A stretch of 64,000 nt of DNA from an uncultured Planctomycetota bacterium (GCA_963737655.1 CAVTTN010000002.1:6144001-6208000); one strand, 5' to 3'. Counted from the first letter of the stretch, positions 52,312 through 62,892 are shown. A program made the numbers and translations. The notes: generated from the letters alone by a model not told the origin.

Positions 52312-53042
52312 TCAGGGAAGCTCGCGAATCCGGAGGTCCCGGAAGTCCACCGGCGCGCCCTCGGATTCGAGGCACAGGTATCCCTTGCTCGGTCGGCACC
52401 CCGACCCGCCGGAGACCTCCTCGCCGTTGACCCAGAGCCGGATCTCGCCGTTGATCCCCCGCACATAATAATCATTCCACTCGTTCACGCCCTTGCTCAG
52501 CCGCTTCGAGGGGAAGCTCCGCGAGCCGTCGGGCGAGACCGGCGGGAACGGCGTCATCTTCGACGAGCCGACCGGGAACACGTCGCCGTGGGTCGTGAAC
52601 CAGTCGGGCTTCTTGCCCGTCTGCGCCTCGTACTGCTCGGCGTAACCGTGGTCGAGCACCTGGACCTCGATCCCCCCTCGGGGCAGGTTCCCGGGCTTCA
52701 GGTCCTTCAACGCCTCCTCGGCGCCCACACGAAAATCCCCGAATTCCCGCCCGACTGGAGGTGCCGCCACCGGGCCACCAGCTCGAAGTTGCCGTACTCC
52801 TTCGCCGTGCGGAGCACGCCCACCGGCTGGCCCGAGCAATGGACCATCCCCTCGGTCCAGGTCCACGTCTCCCTGGAGCAGTTCACCGGAGCGAAGTCCT
52901 TCTCTCCCAGAGACTTCCAGCCCGGCCCCGTCCCGTCGATCACGGCCCGAGGAGGCCCCGTCGGCCCCTCCGCCACGTCCATCGACATCCCCAGGGCGAC
53001 CAGAATCCCAGCGACCCACGGGCCCGTCGTCGCGATACTCAT
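52312..53042 (-). CDS. DUF1080 domain protein (apparent frameshift ~52721)
   Basis: YGNFELVARW, GGNSGIFVW, GIEVQVLD, GYLCLESEGAPVDFRDLRIRELP; the two halves lie in different frames. Confidence 0.85.
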
Positions 53043-53160
53043 GGAAGGCTCTCCCCGATCGATCCGACCCCAAGACCCGGCGGTTATACCGGCCCCGATC
53101 CCGAGAAACCACCAACCTCTCACCCCCAAGGCCCGCAAACCATGCGAATTGGGCGGAAAA

Positions 53161-53231
53161 CATCGAAACGCAGATGACGCAGCTCAAGAATGTATGAAAT
53201 CTGCGTAATCTGCGTAATCTGCGTTTCGATG
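53161..53231. repeat. Inverted/tandem AATCTGCGT repeat element in a divergent intergenic region
   Basis: CATCGAAACGCAGATGACGCAG ... (AATCTGCGT)x3 TTCGATG. Confidence 0.6.
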
Positions 53232-53362
53232 CTTCCTCTTCTGCGTTTCGATCCTTCGCGTTTTGCGTTCCGAAAAGCCACCCATGGCGGGTCGTCGTCC
53301 GCCTCGCTATCATTCGACGCGAATTCGCATCAGAAAGCCTCGATCCTCACCGAGAACCGACC

Positions 53363-54565
53363 ATGAGCCGCCCCTTCGTCCTCCTCGTCATCCTGGCCTC
53401 CGCCGCGCTCGGCCCGAGGGCGTCGGTCCGCGCGGCCGAGGGGGACGTGATCGCGACGATGGACGAGCTCAAGTTCCAGCCCCCGAAGGAGAAGGGGAAA
53501 ATCGAACTGGTCCGGGGAAAATTCGGCCAGGCGATCCACTTCCGGTTCGACGAGGGGTCCGCCGGGGCGTTTGCCACGAGCAACCTCCACGGCTCGCCCG
53601 CCTGGGACCAGGCCGACGGGTTCTCGTTCTGGGTCAAGGGGGACGGCCCCGACGGCTTCGGCGGCCTTGAGTTCATTTACGATGAAGATTATGCGGTTCG
53701 GTACGATTTCGTGTTCCCGATCAAGGGGACAGAATGGACGAAAGTGAGCGTCCGCTGGTCCGACCTGATCCCGGTCCTCCCCGGCCCGAGGGCAAAACCC
53801 CTCGGTGGGCCGGAGGGCAACCCGCCCTCGAAGATCACCGGCATCTGGGTCGGCCGCTGGTGGTACTGGGGAAACTATCCGGCGATTTCGTTCGCTCTCG
53901 ATGAGTTTCGGTTGGAGCCAACCATTGCCAGGGCCACGAAACCGAGCCCGCCGCAGGGACCTCCGCTGGCCCGGACCCGGGCGAAGCTCAAAGCCGGTCG
54001 GCCGATCACCGTGGTGACGATGGGCGACTCGCTGACCGACACCCGCCACTGGGCCAATCGCGAGGTCAACTGGCCGGCACTCCTCAAAAGCAAGCTCAAG
54101 AAGGACTTCGGGTCCGACGTCACGATCGTGAACCCGGCAATCGGCGGCACCCAGCTCCGCCAGAACTTGATCCTGATGCCCCGATGGCTGGAATTGACCC
54201 CGACGCCCGACCTCGTGACGGTCTTTTTTGGCGGAAACGACTGGGATGCCGGCATGCGAGGCCCCGAGTTCGAGAAGGCCGTGGCCGACGCCATCGACCG
54301 TATCCGAACGGCCACGAACAACAAGGCGGACGTCCTGATCGTGACCACCAACCCCGCCGCCTCGCGATGGACCGAGACCGCCGAGCTCGCCGAAGCCTGC
54401 CGAAAGGCTGCCCACGACCGAAACGCCGGCCTCGCCGACACTTATGGCGGGTTTCACGCCGCCGGGAACGACGATCCCAACCGCCTGTTCGTCCACGACC
54501 GGGTCCACCTCGGCCCGGTCGGCCACGAAGTCGTCGCCGAAACGATCGTCAAGGCCCTCAAGTAG
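53363..54565 (+). CDS. SGNH/GDSL esterase with an N-terminal carbohydrate-binding-like (CBM11/CIA30-like) domain
   Basis: MGDSLTD, FGGND, DRVH catalytic blocks; N-terminal WDQADGFSFWVKGDG. Confidence 0.85.
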   Translation: MSRPFVLLVILASAALGPRASVRAAEGDVIATMDELKFQPPKEKGKIELVRGKFGQAIHFRFDEGSAGAFATSNLHGSPAWDQADGFSFWVKGDGPDGFGGLEFIYDEDYAVRYDFVFPIKGTEWTKVSVRWSDLIPVLPGPRAKPLGGPEGNPPSKITGIWVGRWWYWGNYPAISFALDEFRLEPTIARATKPSPPQGPPLARTRAKLKAGRPITVVTMGDSLTDTRHWANREVNWPALLKSKLKKDFGSDVTIVNPAIGGTQLRQNLILMPRWLELTPTPDLVTVFFGGNDWDAGMRGPEFEKAVADAIDRIRTATNNKADVLIVTTNPAASRWTETAELAEACRKAAHDRNAGLADTYGGFHAAGNDDPNRLFVHDRVHLGPVGHEVVAETIVKALK

Positions 54566-54697
54566 GGTGCATGCAATGCACCAACCCGTGGCGGCCATCG
54601 GCCGCCCACCATCTTCCAGCCATTAAGGCGTGGGCGAGTCCAACGAACGATGGCGACTTCCGGTCGTGCAATGGATGGTGCATTTCATGCACCCGAC
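54562..54697. repeat. REP-like inverted pair, family C
   Basis: GTAGGGTGCATGCAATGCACC at 54562-54582 and GGTGCATTTCATGCACCCGAC at 54677-54697. Confidence 0.8.
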
Positions 54698-55398
54698 ATG
54701 TCCTTCCATGTCCCATCAACGCCCAGGACCTGGTTCGGCCGGAATCGGGCCTTGTATTGCATCGATCGGCAGCCCTCGACGTAGTAACCCAGATAGACGT
54801 AACGTTTTCCCCACGCCCGGGCTCGGTCGATCACGCTCAGGACATTGAACGTCCCGAGCGAGCGGTCCCGATGGGCCGGGTCGTGGAAAAAATAGATCGC
54901 CGACAGGGCGGCCGGGACGTCGTCCACGAATCCCACGCCGACCAGCTCCGTCCCCAGCCGATATCGCCAGCAGAGGGTCGGAAACGGGTTGTCCACGAAG
55001 CTGGCCACGAACGACCCGCTATCCTCCTCATGCTCGGGCCAGTCCTTGGCCTCGGTTTGCGCCTCGTGATAACGCCTGGACAGGTCAAGACTTTCATCGT
55101 CCACCCCAGGCGGACCGATCTCCAGGAGGACCTCCCCGGAATTCGCCTTCCACGCCCTCCTCTGGCTCCGGTCGGGTCGGAACCGATCGACATCGACCCG
55201 CAATGGCTGGCAAGCTCGACAAGCTGGGCAACGAGGGCGAAACAGGGTCCGACCGAACCGCCGCCAGCCCTCGTTCATCCGGTCGAGGTACTCGGCCGAG
55301 GTCAGCCGGTCGGCCCACTCATACTCCATCCGGGCGGGGCGATCGGGCAAGTAGGAGCACGGGCGGGGCCGTTCCAGGAATCGGCGACCGATGGCCAT
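54685..55398 (-). CDS. bpt: Arginyl-tRNA-protein transferase-like / Asp-Glu leucyltransferase (ATE/Bpt family)
   Basis: PCSYLPDR, GWRRFG...RPRCPACRAC, SLGTFNVL, YLGYYVEGCRSMQYKARFRP. Confidence 0.88.
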   Translation of the reverse strand: MAIGRRFLERPRPCSYLPDRPARMEYEWADRLTSAEYLDRMNEGWRRFGRTLFRPRCPACRACQPLRVDVDRFRPDRSQRRAWKANSGEVLLEIGPPGVDDESLDLSRRYHEAQTEAKDWPEHEEDSGSFVASFVDNPFPTLCWRYRLGTELVGVGFVDDVPAALSAIYFFHDPAHRDRSLGTFNVLSVIDRARAWGKRYVYLGYYVEGCRSMQYKARFRPNQVLGVDGTWKDMSGA

Positions 55399-55435
55399 GC
55401 ACCCCCCTCATGCCGCGCGATCGGCCCGGATCGAA

Positions 55436-56584
55436 TCAGGGTTGATCGATGCGGATCTGGTGGTTCGACAGCGTCTCAAACCCTTCGTCCGTCACGAGAT
55501 AGTTCCTCTCGAACCGCATCCCGCCAACCCCCTCGACGTACAGGCCGGGCTCGATCGCGACCACATCCCCAGCCTGCAACGTCTCGTCGCTGTCGGGGAC
55601 GAAGTACGGCGGCTCGGGATGCCCGAGGCCCAGCCCATGGCCCGAATGGGTCACGAAGAACCGATCGAGGCCCAGCGAGGCAAAATGCCCCCGAACCGCC
55701 CGATCGACCCCATTTGCCGGCGCCCCCGCCTTCAAGGCGGACTCGCCTGCCTTCATCGCGCCGACGCAGGCGTCGAACAACTCGATTTGGCGAGGGGTCG
55801 GCCCTGCGCCGACGGCGAATGTATTGGTAAAATCGCCGCGATAGCCGTCCACGACCACCGAAAAATCGAGGAGGAGCAGGTCCCCAGCCTGGATGACCCG
55901 CGACGAGGGCGGTCCGCCCTTCTCGGTGGCGAGCCTCGGGCCCGAAGCGAAGTCCCCGTAAACGGTTGCGGCCTCGCCCAGCGATTGCACGGCCGCATCG
56001 AGGACGATCCGATACGCGTCCACCTCGGTCATCCCCGGCCGGACCCTGGCCAGGGCCGCGGCATGGGCCGCCTCGCCGGCCTTCATGGACCGGCTCAAAA
56101 CGGCCAATTCATCTGCATGTTTCGACCTTCGCAGCGGCCGGATTGCCCGGGAGACATCGACGATCTCGACCCCCGGCCGGGCCGCTCGCAACCCCTCGAC
56201 GACGCCCGCAGGAACGGCCGAAAGCTCGACACCGACCCGGGTTCCGGCGATCGAGGCAAGCCGGCCGAGGGTGGAATCCACCAGAAGGGCCTTGCGGTGG
56301 GGGGCCGCGTGCTGGCCGTCATACCACGTCGGGGCGACGACGTCATCCACGTGGGCCCGGTCCAAAAAAGGCCGGACCATCGAATCGGCCACCAGGACCG
56401 ACCGATCCGGCCCCATCACGAGGACGGCCGCCGATTCGACGGTCCGAAAAACGAACGGGGATGGCCAATAATTGGCGAAATAGATCAGGCTCGACGGGTC
56501 GCCCACGATCAGGAGATCGCAGGGGGCCGGGAGGGCGTCCCAAAGCCTCTCCCGGCGGATCTTGCAGCCTTCGGCGGTCAGCAT
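55436..56584 (-). CDS. Xaa-Pro peptidase (M24 family)
   Basis: DGYRGDFTNT, HSGHGLGLGHPE, IEPGLY, GMRFE. Confidence 0.9.
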   Translation of the reverse strand: MLTAEGCKIRRERLWDALPAPCDLLIVGDPSSLIYFANYWPSPFVFRTVESAAVLVMGPDRSVLVADSMVRPFLDRAHVDDVVAPTWYDGQHAAPHRKALLVDSTLGRLASIAGTRVGVELSAVPAGVVEGLRAARPGVEIVDVSRAIRPLRRSKHADELAVLSRSMKAGEAAHAAALARVRPGMTEVDAYRIVLDAAVQSLGEAATVYGDFASGPRLATEKGGPPSSRVIQAGDLLLLDFSVVVDGYRGDFTNTFAVGAGPTPRQIELFDACVGAMKAGESALKAGAPANGVDRAVRGHFASLGLDRFFVTHSGHGLGLGHPEPPYFVPDSDETLQAGDVVAIEPGLYVEGVGGMRFERNYLVTDEGFETLSNHQIRIDQP

Positions 56585-56603
56585 CCGTCAAAATCTCCGA
56601 AGA

Positions 56604-57689
56604 TTACCTCTGGACCCGGGCCGACCCACCCTTCGCAAACGCCTCCACTTCCTCCAGCTTCGCCATCGTGACATCGCCGGGGAAGGTGGTGAGCAGGGCA
56701 CCGTGGGCCCAGCCGAGGCGGAGGGCCTCCTCGGGCGACCGACCGGCGATCAGGCCGTAGATCAGGCCGGCGGCGAAGCCGTCGCCACCGCCGATGCGGT
56801 CGATCACGTCGAGCTGGCAAGTCGGGCTGACGTAACGCTTTCCGTCGAGCCAGAGGACGGCCGCCCAGTCGTGGCGGTTCGTGGAATGGACCTCTCGGAG
56901 GGTGGTCGCCACGAGCTTGATGTTGGGGAACTGCTCGACGACCCGCTCGATCAGGGTGAAGAAGGTGTCGGGGTCGAGCTTCGATTTCCCCTCGACGGGG
57001 TCCGGGCCGGCGATGCCGAGGCCCTTCTGGAGGTCCTCCTCGTTGCCGATCAGGGCGTCGAGCTTGCCGGCGATCCCCCGGATGACCTGCTGGCCGCGCT
57101 CGGCCCCGCCGACCGACGCCCAGAGCTTGGCCCGGTAGTTCAAATCGAAGGAAGTGATGGCCCCGGCGGCCTTTGCGGCCTCGATCCCCTCGACGATGAG
57201 CGGTGCGGTCGTCTCGGACAGCGAGGCGAAGATGCCTCCCGAGTGGAACCAGCGGACGCCCTTGCCAAAGATGGCCGACCAGTCGAAATCCCCCGGCTTG
57301 AGCAGGGCGCCGGCCTCGTTCGCGCGGTTGTAGAAGACCACCGGGGGCCGGACGCCGAGGCCGCGGTCGCTGTAAACCGTGGCGATGTTAGGACCTCGGA
57401 CGCCGTCGTGGTCGAACCACTTGTAGAAGGGGGTCACGCCGGTCTCGCGGACCCGGGCCTGGACGAGCTCGCCGATCGGGTACCTGACCATCGCGGTGGC
57501 CACGCCCGTCTTGAGGCCGAAGCAGTCGGACAGGTTGGCCGCGACGTTGTACTCGCCGCCCGAGACGTGGATCTCCAGCGACCGGGCCTTGCGGAACGGG
57601 ATGATCCCGGGGTCGAGCCGGTGGACCAGCGCCCCGAGGGACAGGAAATCGAGCTCGGCCGCGTCTTTCCGCACGTTCAGACCGCTCAT
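56604..57689 (-). CDS. kdgK: PfkB-family sugar kinase, 2-keto-3-deoxygluconate kinase-like
   Basis: GGEYNVAANL, FDLNYRAKLW, DRIGGGDGFAAG. Confidence 0.8.
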   Translation of the reverse strand: MSGLNVRKDAAELDFLSLGALVHRLDPGIIPFRKARSLEIHVSGGEYNVAANLSDCFGLKTGVATAMVRYPIGELVQARVRETGVTPFYKWFDHDGVRGPNIATVYSDRGLGVRPPVVFYNRANEAGALLKPGDFDWSAIFGKGVRWFHSGGIFASLSETTAPLIVEGIEAAKAAGAITSFDLNYRAKLWASVGGAERGQQVIRGIAGKLDALIGNEEDLQKGLGIAGPDPVEGKSKLDPDTFFTLIERVVEQFPNIKLVATTLREVHSTNRHDWAAVLWLDGKRYVSPTCQLDVIDRIGGGDGFAAGLIYGLIAGRSPEEALRLGWAHGALLTTFPGDVTMAKLEEVEAFAKGGSARVQR

Positions 57690-57832
57690 GGACTCTCCCG
57701 GGAAAAAAATCGAGGCCTCGGCCCGGTTCCGCCGATCGCTCGGGGTCGCGGGCCCGATTGTAGCTCTTGCAGGGCGAGGTGGCTCCCCGGAATCGGGGCG
57801 GTCGGCGGCCTTTCGGCGGGTCGTCCCGGCCC

Positions 57833-58954
57833 TTACGGGGCGACCTCCACGAACACCTTCAGCGCCTCCTTGTCCTCCAGCCTCTTCATGACCTCGTCGA
57901 ACCGATCGAGCCCGGCCACCGGGTCGGTCAGGATTTGGGCGGTGACGCCGGGATAGGTCAGCTCGCCGTGGGAGAGGGCCTGCAAACCCATCTCGAAGTG
58001 CTTGCGATTGCCATTGACGCTGGCGACGAGCAATTTGTTGCCCAGGACCCATTCGAGGTTGATCCTGGCGCCATCGACGGTGACCTCGCGGCTGCCTCCG
58101 GTGATGCTGGTCCAGACCAGGGCGCCGTTGATCGCCAGGGCCTCCATCGCCTGGAAGCAGACCTCGGCGTTGCCGGTGGCCTCGAAGATCAGGTCGGGCT
58201 TGCCGACCCTCTTCGCCAGGTCGCGCATGGATTCCTGCTTCGTGCTGATGTAAGTGGCCCCGTAGGCCTCGGCGATCTGAGACTTGAGGTGGGGGCCCGG
58301 GCGGGTGGCCAGGGTGAAGACCTCCAGCCCCCGGAGCCGCAGCATCATCGTCGCCAGCAGGCCGATCTGGCCGGCGCCGAGGACGAACGCCCGCCTCGGC
58401 TCCCAGACCTGGAGCCTCCTCTGGGCCAGGTCCGCCTGCTCGATCGCCTTGGCGCAGACGCTCGCCGGCTCGGCCAGGACGCCCAGGTGCTTCAGCCCCT
58501 GGGGGACCTTCACCATGTACTCGGCGTCATCGACGAACATTTCGGACATGTAGCCGTGACAGAGATTGATCCCGCGCTCGTAATAGGTCTCGTCCGAGGT
58601 GATGTCGTTCCGGCCGATGTCGTCGAAGAGGGACTTGCCGGGCCGGCGGACGGTGCAGGAGACGAAGTCGCCGGGCTCGACCTCGGCGACCTTCTCGCCC
58701 ACTTCGAGGACCTGCCCGAAGCACTCGTGGCCGATGATCAGGAAGTCGCCCCCGGGAGGGGCGTTGCCGTACTGGGCCTCGTTGATCTCGCGGTCGGTGG
58801 CGTCCACGCCCACCCGCAAGGTCTTGACCAGGACCGACCGCCCCTCGGGGACGAGGCAGACGTGGGGATGGGGCTGGTCGCCCAGCTTCGGCTCCGGGAC
58901 GTCGCGGAGGTGGACGCTGTGGGGCTGGCCCGGGGTGACCGCAACGGCTTTCAT
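57833..58954 (-). CDS. Zn-dependent glucose 1-dehydrogenase (MDR family, archaeal Gdh-like)
   Basis: [41 protein letters not shown]. Confidence 0.82.
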   Translation of the reverse strand: MKAVAVTPGQPHSVHLRDVPEPKLGDQPHPHVCLVPEGRSVLVKTLRVGVDATDREINEAQYGNAPPGGDFLIIGHECFGQVLEVGEKVAEVEPGDFVSCTVRRPGKSLFDDIGRNDITSDETYYERGINLCHGYMSEMFVDDAEYMVKVPQGLKHLGVLAEPASVCAKAIEQADLAQRRLQVWEPRRAFVLGAGQIGLLATMMLRLRGLEVFTLATRPGPHLKSQIAEAYGATYISTKQESMRDLAKRVGKPDLIFEATGNAEVCFQAMEALAINGALVWTSITGGSREVTVDGARINLEWVLGNKLLVASVNGNRKHFEMGLQALSHGELTYPGVTAQILTDPVAGLDRFDEVMKRLEDKEALKVFVEVAP

Positions 58955-59208
58955 CGGCAGGTCGATCCGTCGAGGAGGAATCGTCAGGCCGGGCCGACCC
59001 GCCGCAAGAGGGCCGATCGCGTCCGGCGATGGTCGCGATTCTAACCGAAGGGGCGGGGCGATGTCACGGACCGAGGCCGGAACGACGACGACTCGACCGC
59101 CCCGATTCCCTCCCCGCCTTCCTGCTTGACATGCGTATGGGATTGTTGTCTCTATGGGCGTTCATGGGACCCGGTCGCCGGAAGGCCCAACCTCGGAGAT
59201 GTATCATC

Positions 59209-59670
59209 ATGAGAAGCCGTGTGTTGGTATTATTGCTCGCCCTCGTCGCCGGGGACGATCCGAAGGCGACCGAGGAGTTGGAGGGGCAGTGGAGGCAGAA
59301 GCAGCTCGGATTCCTGGAGCCGCCGGCCGGGATCTGGAAGCTCATCTATGGGCATGAGCTGTCCCTTGACGATCCGTCGGCCCTGATCCGGGACCGATCC
59401 GCCCTCTCGATCCGGGGAGAGAAGGTCACGTTCAAGAACGGCGAGCACGAGGAGGAGGTGAAGTTCCGGCTCGACCCGACGAAGACCCCCAAGACCGTGG
59501 ATATTCTCATCGATAATAAGCCCAAATACCTGGGTGTTTATGAAGTGAAGGACGGCGAACTCCGCCTCGGCTTCGGGGACGGGAAGACACGCCCCAAGAA
59601 GCCCGAGATCGAGGAGGGAGAGACGGGGAGGGTCTTCCTCGTCCTCGACCTCGTGAAGCCGAAGGGGTGA
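59209..59670 (+). CDS. Planctomycete TIGR03067-like domain protein
   Basis: ELEGQW...FRLDPTKTPKTVDI...GVYEVKDGELRL...RP. Confidence 0.75.
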   Translation: MRSRVLVLLLALVAGDDPKATEELEGQWRQKQLGFLEPPAGIWKLIYGHELSLDDPSALIRDRSALSIRGEKVTFKNGEHEEEVKFRLDPTKTPKTVDILIDNKPKYLGVYEVKDGELRLGFGDGKTRPKKPEIEEGETGRVFLVLDLVKPKG

Positions 59671-59845
59671 CTTCCGGTCGGCCCGGGCCCGGGCCCGGGC
59701 ATCCCGACGGCGGAGGGATTTCGCCCGGCCGGTGCGAGTCTGGCGCTGGCATCCGGCCTCGAGGATGGTACATTGAGGGCCTCCGAAGACACGACTCGCC
59801 CGCCCGACGCCCCGCCCCGGACACCCCGCCCGCCCCGGTGATCTC

Positions 59846-62767
59846 ATGATGCGACCCGGCCTTTATCCGGCCCTTGCCCTCCTCGTGACCGGCCTCGGGT
59901 CCGCCGTTGCCGAGGATCGCCCTCCCACGGACGAGGAGGCCCGGTTCTTCGAGACCAACGTCCGGCCGGTCCTGGTCGATCAGTGCTTCAAGTGCCACGG
60001 GCCGGCGAAGCAGAAGTCGAACCTCAGGCTGGATTCGAGGGCCGCGATCCTGGCCGGGGGCGACCTCGGCCCGGCCGTGGTCCCCGGGAAGCCCGAGGAG
60101 AGCCCGCTGGTGGCGGCGGTGAAGTACGAGGAAGACGGCCCCAAGATGCCGCCCTCGGGCAAGCTGCCGCCGAACCAGGTCGAGGCGCTCTCGCGATGGG
60201 TCAAGATGGGCGCGCCCTGGCCGGGCGAGGCCGGGGATGCCGCGAACCCGCCTCCCGCGAAGAAGGCCGGCTTCTCCATCACCGACAAGGACCGCTCCCA
60301 CTGGGCGTTCCGGCCCGTCCGCCGGCCCGATGCCCCGGCCGTGAAAGAGTCTTCATGGGTAGCTTCGCCGATCGATGCGTTCGTGCTCGCCGGTCTGGAG
60401 AAGAAGGGCCTGAGGCCCAACCCCCCGGCGTCGAAGGCCGAGCTACTCCGGCGGGTCACCTATGATTTGACGGGCTTGCCGCCGACTCCGGCCGAGGTCG
60501 AGGCGTACCTCAAGGACGAGGCGCCCGACGCCTACGAGAAGGTCGTCGATCGCCTCCTCGCCTCCCCCCGATACGGCGAGGCGTGGGGCCGTCGCTGGCT
60601 GGACCTCGTCCGGTTCGCCGAGACCAACAGCTACGAACGTGATGGCGTGAAGCCCTCGGCATGGCGATTCCGCGATTATGTGATCCGGTCCTTGAATGCG
60701 GACAAGCCCTACGATCGATTCGTCCGCGAGCAGCTCGCAGGCGACGAATTGCCGGGTCGCGACGTCGAATCCGTGACCGCCACCGGGTTCTACCGCCTGG
60801 GGATCTGGGACGACGAGCCGGTCGATCGCGAGCAGGCCCGGTTCGACGGCTACGACGACGTCGTGGCCACCACCGGGCAGGTCTTCCTCGGGCTGACGAT
60901 CGATTGTGCTCGTTGTCATGATCATAAGCTGGACCCGATCGCACAAAAGGATTATTATCGCTTCGTCTCGTTCTTCCGCAACGTGAACCACTACCGCAAC
61001 GGCGGGCCGACCGACGAGATGCCGATCGTCGAGCCGGGCCATGAGGAGGAGGCCGCCCGGATCGCCCGCGAGCAGGACGAGCGGCGGGCGAAGGCCGAGG
61101 CGACCGTGGCGGGGATCGAGGAGGAATACCGCAGGAGGTCCGAGGCGATCGCGGCGGTCCGCGGGATCGACGTCGAGGACCTCCGCTACCGGTTCTATCG
61201 CGACACCTGGGACCGCCTGCCCGACTTCGACGCGATCAAGCCCGAGGACTCCGGCGAGCTCCCCTCGGGCCTGTTCGACCTTTCGCCCCGGACCCGCGAC
61301 GAGGCGTTCGGCTTCGTCTTCGAGGGGTTCTTGAACGTCCCGAATGAAGGCGTTTACACGTTCTCGCTCGACTCGGACGACGGCTCCCGGCTGAAGGTCG
61401 ACGGGAAGGCCGTGGCCGAGCACGACGGCATCCACGGCGAGGGCAGCCCTCGGGTCGGCTCGGTCGCCTTGAAGAAGGGTCGCGTGCCGATCCGCCTGGA
61501 GTACTTCCAGAACGGCCACGGCCTGGGGCTCACGGTCGCGTGGTCGGGGCCCGGCGTGGAGCGGCGGCCCCTCTCGGCGGGGATGAAGAAGGCGGAGGTC
61601 GTCGACGTCCGCGCCGCGATCCGCAAGGACGGGGCGAAGGTGCTCGGCCCCGAGCGGGTGGACCGCTACCAGCAGGCCCGGCGCGTCCTGGCCGAGCTCC
61701 GGACGAAGACGGCGGCGACCGGCACGGTCCTCTGCGTGACCGAGGCCGGCCCCGTCGCCCCCGAGACGTTCGTCCTGGCCCGCGGGAACCCGCACGCCCC
61801 GGGCGAGAAGGTCGAGCCGGCGTTCCTCGAAGTCCTGGGCGGGACGCCCGCGAACGTCCCCTCGCCGCCCCCCGGCGCGAAGACGACCGGCCGTCGGCTC
61901 GCCCTGGCCGACTGGATCGCCTCGCCCTCCAACCCGTTGACGGCCCGGGTCATGGCCAACCGCGTCTTCCAGGGGCATTTCGGCCGGGGGATCGTCCGCT
62001 CGCCCTCGAACTTCGGCCTCCAGGGCGACCCGCCGACCCACCCCGAGCTGCTCGACTGGCTGGCCTCCGAGCTCGTCGCCGGGGGATGGCGGCTCAAGCC
62101 GCTCCACAAGACCATCGTCATGTCGAACGCTTATCAAATGTCTTCGAGGGCGAATCCCGACGCCCTGGCGAAGGACCCGACCAACGACTCGCTCTGGCGG
62201 ATGGACATGAGGAGGCTGTCGGCCGAGGAGGTCCGCGACTCGATCCTCTCCGCCTCCGGGACGCTCAACCTGGCGATGTTCGGCCCCGGCGTCTACCCCG
62301 AGATCCCCCGGGAAGTGCTCGCCGGGCAGTCCGTGCCGGGCAGCGGCTGGGGCAAGTCGTCGCCCGAGGAGCAGGCCCGGCGCAGTATTTATGTCCACGT
62401 GAAAAGGTCGTTGCTCCTGCCGATCCTGGAATCGTTCGACCTGGCCGAGACCGACCGCTCCACGCCGTCGAGGTTCAGCACCACCCAGCCGACCCAGGCG
62501 CTGGGGATGCTCAATGGGGACTTCCTGAACCGGCAGGCGGACCTCCTGGCCGTCCGGCTCCGGCGAGAGGCCGGCGACCGGGTCGAGGACCGGGTCCGGC
62601 TGGCCCTGAGGCTGGTCTCGGCCCGGGAGCCTTCCGAAGCGGACGTCCGCCGGGGTGCCAACCTGATCGCCGGCCTGGAGGCGAAGGACGGGCTCGGGCC
62701 CGACGCGGCCCTGAAGGCGTTCTGCCTGGTCGCGCTCAATCTGAATGAATTCTTGTATTTGGATTAA
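59846..62767 (+). CDS. Planctomycete cytochrome c + DUF1549 (PSCyt2) + PA14 + DUF1553 (PSD1) protein
   Basis: CFKCH; HWAF, SPIDAFV, YGEAWGRRWLD, CARCHDHK; PA14 insert DSDDGSRL; NPLTARVMANR, PTHPELLDWLA. Confidence 0.93.
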   Translation: MMRPGLYPALALLVTGLGSAVAEDRPPTDEEARFFETNVRPVLVDQCFKCHGPAKQKSNLRLDSRAAILAGGDLGPAVVPGKPEESPLVAAVKYEEDGPKMPPSGKLPPNQVEALSRWVKMGAPWPGEAGDAANPPPAKKAGFSITDKDRSHWAFRPVRRPDAPAVKESSWVASPIDAFVLAGLEKKGLRPNPPASKAELLRRVTYDLTGLPPTPAEVEAYLKDEAPDAYEKVVDRLLASPRYGEAWGRRWLDLVRFAETNSYERDGVKPSAWRFRDYVIRSLNADKPYDRFVREQLAGDELPGRDVESVTATGFYRLGIWDDEPVDREQARFDGYDDVVATTGQVFLGLTIDCARCHDHKLDPIAQKDYYRFVSFFRNVNHYRNGGPTDEMPIVEPGHEEEAARIAREQDERRAKAEATVAGIEEEYRRRSEAIAAVRGIDVEDLRYRFYRDTWDRLPDFDAIKPEDSGELPSGLFDLSPRTRDEAFGFVFEGFLNVPNEGVYTFSLDSDDGSRLKVDGKAVAEHDGIHGEGSPRVGSVALKKGRVPIRLEYFQNGHGLGLTVAWSGPGVERRPLSAGMKKAEVVDVRAAIRKDGAKVLGPERVDRYQQARRVLAELRTKTAATGTVLCVTEAGPVAPETFVLARGNPHAPGEKVEPAFLEVLGGTPANVPSPPPGAKTTGRRLALADWIASPSNPLTARVMANRVFQGHFGRGIVRSPSNFGLQGDPPTHPELLDWLASELVAGGWRLKPLHKTIVMSNAYQMSSRANPDALAKDPTNDSLWRMDMRRLSAEEVRDSILSASGTLNLAMFGPGVYPEIPREVLAGQSVPGSGWGKSSPEEQARRSIYVHVKRSLLLPILESFDLAETDRSTPSRFSTTQPTQALGMLNGDFLNRQADLLAVRLRREAGDRVEDRVRLALRLVSAREPSEADVRRGANLIAGLEAKDGLGPDAALKAFCLVALNLNEFLYLD

Positions 62768-62793
62768 TCTGAGTTGCTGGCCGCCCAGGTCAC

Positions 62794-62867
62794 GAGTCGG
62801 TCCGACTTCCGTCGGGCCTACGAATCCTCAAACCTCTTTGTAGGCCCGACTGAAGTCGGACCGACTC
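62794..62867. repeat. REP-like palindrome pair, family A
   Basis: GAGTCGGTCCGACTTCCGTCGGGCCTAC / GTAGGCCCGACTGAAGTCGGACCGACTC, matching 1895-1966. Confidence 0.85.
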
Positions 62868-62892
62868 AGGCCCCAATCGCCGGAGAGACCCC

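Noticed and set aside
59126..59155. Perfect TTGACA upstream of the TIGR03067-like gene
   Set aside because: No convincing -10 hexamer at 16-18 bp spacing
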